Assembly (NCBI GenBank): GCA_963804165.1
Contig: CAWDPO010000033.1
Span: 1 to 64,000 of the forward strand
Reading direction: 5' to 3'
Length of the DNA stretch: 64,000 bases
DNA from: an uncultured delta proteobacterium
GTDB taxonomy: Bacteria > Desulfobacterota > Binatia > UBA9968
This document shows positions 53,940-63,865 of the stretch, piece by piece. How positions within the stretch are numbered: the stretch's first letter is position 1; each line of letters begins with the position of its first letter. A program made the position numbers and the translations under genes. Under the pieces are notes generated by a model. That model worked only from the letters and a program-made list of their open reading frames with translations, did not search any database and was not told the origin of the DNA.

Positions 53940-54894
53940 ATGGCAGCGACGACTAACTACGAACCCATCGAGATCAACGCATACTTCCGTTCACATACAC
54001 ACCTGCCGCTTTGGGAGATACTCGACAAGGCTGGTTTCTGGAAACAGGTCGCGATCAAGGTCAATTTTACGTACTGCGATAGTTCTTCCGAGGCAGAGGC
54101 GGGATTGTTTAGCGGGAAAATCGATTTGATTTCCGGTAACCATATTTCGCCTTACGCGCTCGTCGCGCGCGGCAAGCCGATCGTCTCGTTGGCTTCGCCG
54201 ACCAACGGTGTGACCGATCGCGTGGTGTCACGCGAGCCGATCAAGTCGCTGGCGGAAATCCGCGGCAAGCGCGTCGTCGACACGACGATTCTCGATAACG
54301 GTGGCGGCTATAATCACATCCGCGGCAACCATATGCTTTATATACTGGAAGCCGGATTAGAGCTTAGCGACGTCAAATGGATCGAGATCACCGACAAAAT
54401 GTCGAGCGAGTTTCGCGCCGCGCAATACGAAGCGATGAAAGCCGGCGAGGGTGATGTGACCTTGGTGACCGGAGATACAAAAAGATATGAGCAGGCTGGT
54501 TTTCACGTTCTACAATTACCGCGACTGCCGATGATCAACGGGCCGACGCTCACAACTACCGTTACGGCGCTCAATAAGTACGATCGATTTGGCGAGCGGC
54601 TGGTGCTCGCGCAAGTGCTCGGCATTCACTTCGCGCGCACGCGTAGGGAAGAGACTGAAAAAATTCTCGAAGGATTGAAGAAACGCGAGCCCGAAGCGCG
54701 CGGCGTGTCGTACAACAGCGTGGCCAAGCTGGCGATAAAACCGTACCCGGATCATTCAAGCGGTCGCCAACGCGTATCGGCTCTGCTGCATGAAGGCGCC
54801 GGAAGCGAATGAAATGAGTCCGCTGGCGATGTGGGATTTGCATTACTTGCGCCAACTGGATCATTCCGGGTTTATCGATCGATTGTATGAGTGA
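53940..54894 (+). CDS. NMT1-like SBP-fold protein without signal peptide; frameshift at about 54757
   Basis: KAGFWKQ, LFSGKIDLISG, IKSLAEIRGKRV; C-terminus LRQLDHSGFIDRLYE in the shifted frame. Confidence 0.7.
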
Positions 54895-54945
54895 AGTGAA
54901 CGAGAATACATGCACATGCGCACTAATTGAGACTCGTGTTTCCGA

Positions 54946-55052
54946 GCTTCTTCCCCCTCGACGGGGGAAGAATGAGATGGGGGTGAGTCTGAAAATCAAG
55001 ACTATCCCTTCCTTGTTCCTTCGATATTAGCTCTCCCAGTCGAGGGGGAGGA
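54946..55052. repeat. REP-like element (CCCCCTC...GGGGGA family)
   Basis: CTTCCCCCTCGACGGGGGAAG...ATGGGGGTG and CTCTCCCAGTCGAGGGGGAG. Confidence 0.55.
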
Positions 55053-56192
55053 TGGGGAAAAGGGAAACTGTTCACGGGAATTTCAGGCTTCCTTCTGGTT
55101 GCCTTTTGGGTTGCGACGGCCAACGCCGCGGAATCCAAACCCAATTGGCAAACCGAATGGGAGCGGACGGTTAAGGCGGCCGAGGAGGAAGGGCAGTTGA
55201 CGGTCTATGTCTCGGGCTACGGCGCGTTGATCGATTCCGGGATCTTCCAGAAGGCCTACCCGAAAATCAAAGTGACCAGTGTCACGGGCTCCGGCACTCA
55301 GCTCGCGCCGCGCATCGTCGCCGAGCGGCGCGGCGAAAAGTATCTTGCCGATGTTTACAGCGGTGGCGGCACTTCGCTCTATCAGAATCTTTACCTCGGC
55401 AAGATGCTCGATCCGATCAAGTCGGCGCTGATCTTGCCCGAAGTCGTCGATCCGTCGAAGTGGTGGGAGGGCAAACAAAAATACGTCGACCGCGAGGGGC
55501 GCTATATTTTTGTTTTCGAAGGCAACGTGGCGGCCGGTGCGAGTCCGGCGTACAACACCAATCTGATCAATCCCAAGGACTACAAGTCGCTATGGGACTT
55601 TTTGAATCCCAAGTTGAAAGGCAAGATCGTTTCCCCTGACATTCGCAAAGTGCGCGGTTCCGGTTTATCGGTGCAGTATCTTTACTATCACAAGGACCTT
55701 GGACCTGAGTTCATTCGGCGTTTTTACGGAGAAATGGACGTGACTTTGACCGCCGACGTGCGCCAGGCGGTGGATTGGCTCGCGGTGGGCAAGTTTGCGC
55801 TGTCGATGCCGACGCAGAGTTCTTACACCGCCAAAGCCAAGGCGCAGGGATTACCGGTGGACGAATTCGATCCGCATCATATGAAAGAGGGCGCCAGCCT
55901 CGCCGTGGCGTTCGGCCAACTCGCGCTCATGAACCGCGCGCCTCATCCCAACGCGGCCAAGGTGTTTGTCAATTGGTTGCTTTCGCGCGAAGGGCAAAGC
56001 GCCTTCCAACGCGTCATCAGCACACCGGGAGACGCGAAAAATTCGCGGCGTATCGACGTGCCGAAGGATCACATTCCGACGTCCGAACGGCGCGGCGAAG
56101 GCGTCAAGTATTTTGACGCTGACGACCCGGATACCAAGGATATTACGCCGGCGATGAAATTAATGGACGAAATCTTTGCCGGGAAGAAGTGA
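55052..56192 (+). CDS. Extracellular solute-binding protein, paralog 3; probable +1 A at 55058-55061
   Basis: Signal LFTGISGFLLVAFWVATANA-AESKPNWQ lies upstream in frame with the tracked ORF; close paralog of 50208. Confidence 0.85.
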
Positions 56193-57346
56193 CGGCTATG
56201 AGTCGAGGATTTATGAATCTTCTTACGCGAGCCTTCAGCCTTCTCGTCGTTACCTTCTGGACTAGCGCGTCTTACGCCGCCGAAGCCAAACCCAATTGGC
56301 AAGCCGAATGGGAGCGGACGGTGCAGGCGGCGAAAAAGGAAGGCTCGCTGTCGCTCTATCTTTTCCAGGGCGAGGGCGAGCTTAGCGCTGTGGCGCAGCT
56401 GTTCCAGAAAAAGTATCCCGAGATCAACGTGGCGGTGACCCCGGGGCGGGGTAACACGTTTGCGCCCAAGATCATGGCAGAGCGGCGCGCAGGCAAGTAT
56501 CTCGTCGATGCTTATATCGCCGGGGCGACGACTGCCTATGAAGTTCTTTATCGCGCGAAAATCTTGGACAGTGTGCGCGCGACGCTGATCCTGCCCGAGG
56601 TCATCGATGAGTCCAAATGGTGGCTCGGGCAGCATCACTACATCGATCCCGAGAGTCGATATATCTTCGTCTATTTGGGCAACGTCGGCGAGTATGTGTC
56701 CTACCATACCAAGTCACTGGACGCGGGTGAGATTCGTTCCTATTGGGATTTTCTCCAGCCTAAGTGGAAAGGAAAAATTCTCTCACGTGATCCGAAGATT
56801 TCCGGCAGCCAGCGCATTGGTCTTCGAGGATTTTATCATACACCGGAGCTGGGCGCCGAGTTCATTCGCCGTCTTTACGGCGAGATGGATGTGACGCTGA
56901 CTCAAGAAATCCGTCAAGCAACCGATTGGCTAGCGCACGGGAAATTCGCCATCTGCTTTTTTTGCTCTGAGATTCTGAAAGTCAAGGCACAAGGGCTTCC
57001 CGTGGATGAATTTCGCACGGCGCAATGGAAAGAGAGCCGGGTGATTTCCGCGGGCAACATGGGTTCTATAGCTCTGCCGAGCCAGCCGCCTCACCCGAAC
57101 GCCGCGCGCGTATTCGTCAATTGGTTGCTCTCACGCGAAGGCCAAATGGCGCTCCAGCGCACGACCAATACGCCGTACAATTCCGAGGAATCGCTGCGCA
57201 CCGATGTCCCCAAGGACGTGGTGCGGAGCGAAGTACGCCGCATCGACGGCGTGAAGTATTTGCTGGTGGATAAGCCGGAATATATCGACATGGCGCCGAT
57301 CTATGACATCGTCGAAAAAGCATTGGTGCAGGCGAAAAAGAAGTAG
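56189..57346 (+). CDS. Extracellular solute-binding protein, paralog 4
   Basis: WERTVQAAKKEG, KIMAERRAGKYLVD, PPHPNAARVFVNWLLSREGQ. Confidence 0.88.
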   Translation: MTAMSRGFMNLLTRAFSLLVVTFWTSASYAAEAKPNWQAEWERTVQAAKKEGSLSLYLFQGEGELSAVAQLFQKKYPEINVAVTPGRGNTFAPKIMAERRAGKYLVDAYIAGATTAYEVLYRAKILDSVRATLILPEVIDESKWWLGQHHYIDPESRYIFVYLGNVGEYVSYHTKSLDAGEIRSYWDFLQPKWKGKILSRDPKISGSQRIGLRGFYHTPELGAEFIRRLYGEMDVTLTQEIRQATDWLAHGKFAICFFCSEILKVKAQGLPVDEFRTAQWKESRVISAGNMGSIALPSQPPHPNAARVFVNWLLSREGQMALQRTTNTPYNSEESLRTDVPKDVVRSEVRRIDGVKYLLVDKPEYIDMAPIYDIVEKALVQAKKK

Positions 57347-57402
57347 GGGCAACCCCCTGTGGTTGCCTCTTTCGGAGGGCAGGCACAGGGGCCTGCCCCT
57401 AC
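57342..57402. repeat. GTAG-family REP doublet
   Basis: GTAGGGGCAACCCCCTGTGGTTGCC ... GGGCAGGCACAGGGGCCTGCCCCTAC. Confidence 0.75.
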
Positions 57403-57455
57403 AAGAAACACGATGGATGATAAATTGGCGCTAACGAAACCTGACGGAGTCAAAC

Positions 57456-58583
57456 GTGGGTAGATCGACGGCGAATTTTTGGGACAACAAGACGGCCTAT
57501 GAATACTGGATCGAATCGACCGGCGCGCCGATTCATCGCGGTTATTACATCGAAGACTGCCGCACGTTGGAGCTTGGCTATTGGGCGGAGCGTGAGTGCG
57601 ACGCGGCGTTTATTCAGCTCGTCGGTCAGGAAGGTGTGACCGGCGCTTACGTCACGGAGATTCCACCGGGAAAGACCTTGCCGTCGTTTCGCGTCGCGGT
57701 GGACGAGGTTGTTTACGTCTTAAAAGGCCGTGGCGTGGCGAGCATCTGGGCCGGCGAGCGCGCCAAGAAGATCTTTGAATGGCAAAGCCACGCGATGTTT
57801 TTGATTCCGGGCAACTACCATTGCCAGTTGAGCAACATGCAAGGCGACCAATCGGTGAAGCTGTTGCATTGCAGCTACTTGCCGCTGGCGATGTCGGTGC
57901 TGCCCGATCCGGACTATTTCTTCAACAATCCGCTGGTCGATTACAATTTGCTTTACGGGCAAGGATCGCGCGAGGTTTACTCCGAAGCTAAAGTCGTGAC
58001 GCTGAACGAGCCCGGCACCGCGCGTGACGGGCGAAACATCTGGTTCGGCAATTTCTTTGCCGATATGAGGGCGTGGGACCGGCTCGATCATTTCGAGCGG
58101 CGCGGCGCCGGCGGCCACGTCGTGTGGGTGGGATTTCCCAGCTCGCCGATCTCTGCCCATATGTCGGTCTTTCCCGCGCGCACCTACAAGAAAGCCCATC
58201 GCCATGGCCCCGGCTATCTGATCGTTATCCCCGCCGGTGAGGGCTACTCGATCATGTGGCCGGAGGGCGGCGAGAAAATTATCATCCCGTGGCACGAAGC
58301 GAGTTTGTTCGTGCCGCCCAATCGTTGGTTTCATCAGCACTTCAACATCGGCGGCGCGCCGGCGCGTTATCTGGCGATTCATCCGCCGCGGGGGCTCAAC
58401 GGCATTAGCGAGAAAGTCGAAGACCGCGCGCGCGATCAGATCGAGTATACCGACGAGGACCCGATGATTCGCGAGAAATTCGAGTCCGAGCTGTCGCGCA
58501 AAGGATTGGAATCGGTGATGCCGGATGAGGCGTACCGAAATCGTGACTACGAGTGGAGCTACACGCAGAAAAAAGCGAGCTAA
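57456..58583 (+). CDS. Bicupin protein, paralog 2
   Basis: EIPPG, YVLKGRG, FEWQ, TYKKAHRHGPG, WFHQHFNIG, QIEYTDEDP. Confidence 0.82.
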   Translation: MGRSTANFWDNKTAYEYWIESTGAPIHRGYYIEDCRTLELGYWAERECDAAFIQLVGQEGVTGAYVTEIPPGKTLPSFRVAVDEVVYVLKGRGVASIWAGERAKKIFEWQSHAMFLIPGNYHCQLSNMQGDQSVKLLHCSYLPLAMSVLPDPDYFFNNPLVDYNLLYGQGSREVYSEAKVVTLNEPGTARDGRNIWFGNFFADMRAWDRLDHFERRGAGGHVVWVGFPSSPISAHMSVFPARTYKKAHRHGPGYLIVIPAGEGYSIMWPEGGEKIIIPWHEASLFVPPNRWFHQHFNIGGAPARYLAIHPPRGLNGISEKVEDRARDQIEYTDEDPMIREKFESELSRKGLESVMPDEAYRNRDYEWSYTQKKAS

Positions 58584-58595
58584 GGTGAGCGAAAG

Positions 58596-59753
58596 ATGAT
58601 TTGCCTAGACTGGAAAACGCGAATGACAGTTACGATAGCTTGGGTTGCTGGTTTTGTGGCGATCGCCGCAATCGGCACTTGTCCGCGCGCCACACATGCC
58701 GCCGACGCTAAACCGGCGTGGCAAGGCGAATGGGAAAAAGTTTTAGCCGCTGCGAAGAAGGAAGGCCAAGTCGCCGTTTATATTAGCGGCTACGAGGAAG
58801 TGCTGCCGGATTTTCAAAAGGAGTATCCGGAAATCAAGGTCAACGCTGTAACCGGCCGCGGCTCCCAGGTCGGCCAGCGTTTGCTCGCCGAGCGGCGCGC
58901 GGAGAAATTCATCGCCGACGTGGTCAGCGCGGGCGGCGTGACGACGTTTCAACAGTTACATCCCGCCAAGGTATTCGACCCGATCAAGCCGGCATTGATT
59001 CTTCCCGAAATCACCGACCCCGCCAAGTGGTTTGAGAGTAGGCATCACTATGCCGACCCGGAGAAGCAATACATTTTCAGTTACGTCGGTACCGCGACTT
59101 ATGGCTCGGTGAGCTACAACACTAAGTTGGTCGACGTGAAAGACTTCAAATCTTATTGGGACCTGCTCAATCCCAAGTGGAAAGGGAAAATAATTTCTCG
59201 GGATGTTCGAGTGCCGGGCCCCGGTTCGGGTAACGCGCGCTTGTTCTACTACCTGTCGGATGTCGGGCCATCGTTTATTCGCAAGCTCTACGGCGAAATG
59301 GACACAACTTTGTTTCGCGACTACCGCCAGGGAAGTGACTGGCTTGCGGTTGGCAAGGCGGCGATCTGCTTTTTTTGCGAAGTCGATGTGTCCAAGCAGC
59401 AGGGCCTGCCAGTGGACACCTTTGGCCCAGGAGTGTTTAAGGAAGGCGCCGGCCTAGTGCAGCAATTCGGTACCCTCGGGCTAGTAAACCGCGCGCCCCA
59501 TCCCAACGCTGCGAAAGTTTTTATCAACTGGTTGTTGTCGCGCAAAGGCCAGATCGCCCTGCAAAAAAATATGCTCAAAACCGAGAATCCCACCGATTCG
59601 CTGCGTATCGACGTTCCTAAAGACGAGATACCGACTTTGCAACGCCGCTTCGAGGGTGTGAAATACCTCGACACCAGTAGGCCAGAGTGGCAGGAGATGA
59701 AACCGATTTTAGATGTCATGAACGAAGCGCTCAAGGCGGCGGGGAAGAATTAA
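58596..59753 (+). CDS. Extracellular solute-binding protein, paralog 5
   Basis: WEKVLAAAKKEG, APHPNAAKVFINWLLSRKGQ. Confidence 0.88.
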   Translation: MICLDWKTRMTVTIAWVAGFVAIAAIGTCPRATHAADAKPAWQGEWEKVLAAAKKEGQVAVYISGYEEVLPDFQKEYPEIKVNAVTGRGSQVGQRLLAERRAEKFIADVVSAGGVTTFQQLHPAKVFDPIKPALILPEITDPAKWFESRHHYADPEKQYIFSYVGTATYGSVSYNTKLVDVKDFKSYWDLLNPKWKGKIISRDVRVPGPGSGNARLFYYLSDVGPSFIRKLYGEMDTTLFRDYRQGSDWLAVGKAAICFFCEVDVSKQQGLPVDTFGPGVFKEGAGLVQQFGTLGLVNRAPHPNAAKVFINWLLSRKGQIALQKNMLKTENPTDSLRIDVPKDEIPTLQRRFEGVKYLDTSRPEWQEMKPILDVMNEALKAAGKN

Positions 59754-59874
59754 ATGGCGTGCTCGTCTCTCGTGCTCGTGATCGGATGAGGACGGAGGCG
59801 GGACAAAGGCCGGATGCACAGAGGGCCGATCTTCGGCGGGCGCGCTAGGCTATCCAACTTAACAAAAGACTAAA

Positions 59875-61017
59875 ATGAAGTTTAAATGTCGGTCCCCGCT
59901 GTTGGAACAGCTTTTCTTTGCCGCGGGGATAATTCTTTTGTGCGCCGGTCATCCAACCACTGCCGCTCAGCTCAAGCCGGTGTGGCAACAGGAATGGGAG
60001 AAAATTCTCGAAGCCGCCAAGAAAGAAGGACAAGTTGTTGTCTACATTAGCGGTTATGAGGCGGTGTTACCATATTTCGAAAAGGAATTTCCCGAGATCA
60101 AAGTTATCGCCGTTACCGGGCGCGGCAATCAGCTCGGGCCGCGCTTGCTGTCGGAGCGGCGCGCGGAAAAATTCATCGCCGACGTTTCCAGTACCGGCGC
60201 CAACCCGAACTATCAACAGTTTTACACCGCCAAAGCACTCGATCCGATCAAGCCGTCGTTGATTTTGCCCGAAGTGACCGATTTATCGAAGTGGTACCAG
60301 AATAAACATCAGTACTCCGACCCCGAAGCGCAATACGTTTTCAATTACGTCGGCTCTGCAACATACGGCGCGATCCACTACAACACCAACCTTGTCGACG
60401 AGAAGGAATTCAAATCCTATTGGGACTTGCTCAATCCAAAGTGGAAAGGCAAGATCGAAGCGCGAGACATCCGAGAAGCTGGACCTGGAGCGGGTAATAC
60501 GCGGTTTTTCTACTATCACACAGAGCTAGGGCCAGCGTTCATTCGCAAGTTGTTCGGCGAGACGGATGCGACCCTCTTTCGCGATTTCCGTCAGGGTCCG
60601 GATTGGCTGGCCGCGGGGAGGTTCGCGATCTGTTTTTTTTGCGACGCAGACACGTTGAAGAAGCAAGGATTGCCCGTGAATGCTTTCGGCCCGCGGGTCT
60701 TTAAGGAAGGCGGCGGATTGGTGCAGCAATTCGGTACCGCCGCGATCGTCAATCGCGCGCCGCACCCGAATGCGGCCAAGGTTTTTATCAATTGGCTCTT
60801 ATCTCGCCGTGGCCAAATCGCGTTGCAAAAAAGCCAGGCCAACGCAGAAAGCCCCGCTGATTCACTGCGCGTCGATGTTCCAAAGGATGAAGTGCCGGTT
60901 CTCAACCGGCGCTTAGACGGGATCAAGTATCTCGATACCGGAAAGCCGGAATGGATCGAGATGAAACCGATCCTCGATGTGGTCAATGAAGCGCTGAAGG
61001 CGGCGGGGAAGAACTAA
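59875..61017 (+). CDS. Extracellular solute-binding protein, paralog 6
   Basis: Close paralog of 58596, same C-terminus NEALKAAGKN. Confidence 0.88.
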   Translation: MKFKCRSPLLEQLFFAAGIILLCAGHPTTAAQLKPVWQQEWEKILEAAKKEGQVVVYISGYEAVLPYFEKEFPEIKVIAVTGRGNQLGPRLLSERRAEKFIADVSSTGANPNYQQFYTAKALDPIKPSLILPEVTDLSKWYQNKHQYSDPEAQYVFNYVGSATYGAIHYNTNLVDEKEFKSYWDLLNPKWKGKIEARDIREAGPGAGNTRFFYYHTELGPAFIRKLFGETDATLFRDFRQGPDWLAAGRFAICFFCDADTLKKQGLPVNAFGPRVFKEGGGLVQQFGTAAIVNRAPHPNAAKVFINWLLSRRGQIALQKSQANAESPADSLRVDVPKDEVPVLNRRLDGIKYLDTGKPEWIEMKPILDVVNEALKAAGKN

Positions 61018-61106
61018 AATCGTGTTCGTGACTCGTGCTCGTGAGCGGGTGCGCATGAGTGCGACCAAGCGAAAAGCGCAGCGCTCGCGCGAAACGGAGA
61101 GATAAG

Positions 61107-62542
61107 ATGCCGACAACTTCATCGCTAGTGTACAAAGATCTGCGCGGCTACCTCGATGCGGCCGGCAGACTCGGTGAATTGCGCAAAGTTGACGGCGCGG
61201 ACTGGGATTTGGAGATTGGCGCGATTACCGAAGTGGCGGCGCGGGCGGCTAATCCCAAAGTGGTTTTGTTCGATAACATCAAAGATTACCCCAAAGGATT
61301 TCGCGTCGTGACCAATCCGGTCTGTTCGCCGCCGACGACGGCGTTGGCTTTTGGTCTCGATCCGAAGCTCGCCGGCCTCGATATCATTCGCGCTTGGAAG
61401 GAAAAACTCGGCAGTCAGAAGCCGCTCAAACCGGCGCAGGTTTCGCTGGGCCCGATTACGGAAAATGTCGACAGTGGTGACAAAGTGGATTTGCTCAAAT
61501 TTCCGACGCCGCGTTGGCACGCGGATGATGGCGGTCGCTATATCGGCACGGGCTGCATGGTGATCATGGAAGACCCTGACGAAAAGTGGACGAACGTCGG
61601 CACGTATCGTGTTTGCGTGCATGATAAGAATACACTCGGTATCTGGATTTCTCCCGGCAAACACGGCCGGCTCATTCGTGAAAAATATTGGGCGCAAGGA
61701 AAACCTTGTCCGGTCGTGATCAGCTTCGGTCAGGATCCGATTCTCGCCAAAGTGGCCAGTTGGTACGAAGCCTGGGGCGTGTCGGAGTTGGAAATCGCCG
61801 GTTGGCTGTTCGGCGAGCCGGTCAAAGTTATTCGCGGCGAGCAAACCGGCTTGGCGATTCCCGCAACATCAGAGTTGGCGGTCGAAGGCTTTATTGTGCC
61901 GCCGAGTGAAGACAGCCGCGCGGAAGGGCCATTTGGCGAATGGACTGGCTATTATGCTTCGGGCACTCGCAACGAACCCGTAGTGAAAGTCAAAAACGTT
62001 TTTTATCGAAACGACCCGATCATATTCGGCATGCCGCCTGGTATCTCCGGCAAGTCGGTGCCGCTCAGCGCCGCGAATGTCTGGCTTGCGCTGGAGAAAG
62101 CGGGCGTGACCGACGTGCAAGGCGTGTGGGAGTACTGACGCGCTATATCACGGTTATCTCGATCAAGCAGAAATACGGCGGGCATGTGAAGCGCGCGGCG
62201 ATGGCGATGCTCGGCTCAACTTACGGGTATCACCGGCGCTTCGTCATCATCGTCGACGACGATGTCGATCCTTCGAATATCGATGACGTGCTGTGGGCGC
62301 TGGCGACGCGCTGTGACCCCGCGACGGCGATCAACGTGATCAACGAAGCCTGGAGCACGCCGCTCGACCCGCGCATCACGCCGGACGCGCGCGCGGCGCG
62401 CAACTTTACCAATTCGGTTGCGATCATCAACGCGTGCCAGCCGTACCATTGGAAAGACCAGTACGCTAAGACTTGCTACTTCCCGGAGGAGACGCGCAAG
62501 AAGACGTACGACAAGTGGAAAGATGTACTAAGGTTGGAGTGA
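61107..62542 (+). CDS. UbiD family decarboxylase, paralog 2; -1 indel in the G-run at about 62128-62130
   Basis: DGGRYIGT, NVGTYR, EGPFGEWTGYY; C-terminal IIVDDDVDP and WSTPLDP in the next frame. Confidence 0.88.
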
Positions 62543-62587
62543 TGGAGTGATTGGGGAATGGAGTACTGGAGTATTGGAGTGATGGGT
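62535..62587. repeat. GGAGT(G/A)NT iterated octamer
   Basis: TGGAGTGATGGAGTGATTGGGGAATGGAGTACTGGAGTATTGGAGTGATGGG; same family as 21941-22020. Confidence 0.7.
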
Positions 62588-63752
62588 GATGAAAAACAGA
62601 AAGCTTACACCGTGGAATCGTAGCGTCTGGTTCGTGATCGTGTTCGTGGGCGTGTTGGTGGCTCATCGGCTACCATTGGCTGTTGCGGCCGTGGCGGAGT
62701 CTTGGAAAGCGGATTGGGAACAAACTTTGGCCGCGGCGAGAAAGGAAGGGCAGCTTACGCTTTATGGCAGCCCGGATTTCGAGGGGCTATTCGGCGAGCT
62801 TCACAAGAAGTATCCGGAGATCAAGATCACCGGGGTGTTCAATCGAGGCGCCGATGTGGCGAAGCGTCTGATGGCCGAGCGGCGCGCGGACAAATATCTT
62901 GCCGACTTATACGTCAACGGGATGACGACCGGGTACAATGTTTTTTACAAAGCGAAAGCGCTCGATCCGATTCCACCACAGCTCGTGCTTCCTGAAGTTA
63001 GCGACGCGTCGAAGTGGTGGCGCGGCAAGCTTCATTACGTCGATCCGGAGAACCAGTATCTACTCAACATCAACGGTGAAAATCGGATGGTCGTTGCCTT
63101 CAATACCAAGCTGGTTAACCCCGCCGAAATCAAATCGTACTGGGATCTGCTCAATCCCAAGTGGAAAGGCAAGATCGTTGCCTACGATCCGACGCTTGGT
63201 GGCTCGGGCGACGCCATGCGTTTTTTCTATCACAGCAAGAGTCTAGGGCCGGAGTTCATCAGACGGATTCTCACGGCGACGGATATTGTGATCAGCACCG
63301 ATACGCGCCAGATGGGCGACTGGTTGGCAGGTGGAAAGTTCGCGTTTTCAATATTTGGGCCGGTCTCGCGCATGGACTTGGACTTGATGCAAATCCAGGG
63401 ACTTCCGGTCGGTTGGTTCAGACCCGATCAATTGAAGGAGGGAACGTATATCACCGGCGGATCCGGCGGCGTGGCGCTGATCAATAAAGCGCCGCACCCG
63501 AACGCGGCCAAGATCGGGCTTAACTGGCTGCTTTCGCGCGACGGACAGATTGCCTATCAGAGATTGTTTACCCAGGGCAATGATGGCCCAGATTCGTTGC
63601 GCATCGACATTCCGAAAGACAATGTGCCGCGCGGCAATCGCCGTCCGGAAGGCGATGAGAGTCGCTATCCCTTCGTCGATCGTGCCGAGTGGATGGATCA
63701 GGCGCCGATCAGTAAGTTTGTAAAGGAAGTGCTGGAGCAGCGGAAAAAATAA
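62586..63752 (+). CDS. Extracellular solute-binding protein, paralog 7
   Basis: WEQTLAAARKEG, SYWDLLNPKWKGK, APHPNAAKIGLNWLLSRDGQ. Confidence 0.88.
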   Translation: MMKNRKLTPWNRSVWFVIVFVGVLVAHRLPLAVAAVAESWKADWEQTLAAARKEGQLTLYGSPDFEGLFGELHKKYPEIKITGVFNRGADVAKRLMAERRADKYLADLYVNGMTTGYNVFYKAKALDPIPPQLVLPEVSDASKWWRGKLHYVDPENQYLLNINGENRMVVAFNTKLVNPAEIKSYWDLLNPKWKGKIVAYDPTLGGSGDAMRFFYHSKSLGPEFIRRILTATDIVISTDTRQMGDWLAGGKFAFSIFGPVSRMDLDLMQIQGLPVGWFRPDQLKEGTYITGGSGGVALINKAPHPNAAKIGLNWLLSRDGQIAYQRLFTQGNDGPDSLRIDIPKDNVPRGNRRPEGDESRYPFVDRAEWMDQAPISKFVKEVLEQRKK

Positions 63753-63865
63753 TTTTAGATTTTCGATTTTGGATTGGAGCAACAAAACATGAATGTGCAA
63801 TTTCAGGTTCGATGGCTGGATTCTATTTCCCGCAATCGAAAATCGAGAATCCAAAATCTAAAATC
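63753..63865. repeat. AAAATC-type inverted repeat over the 5' end of the next gene
   Basis: TTTTAGATTTTCGATTTTGGATT ... AATCGAAAATCGAGAATCCAAAATCTAAAAT. Confidence 0.75.

Noticed and set aside
62136-62138. Second selenocysteine TGA in UbiD
   Set aside because: The downstream homology is in a different frame; one missing G in the 62128-62130 run explains it.
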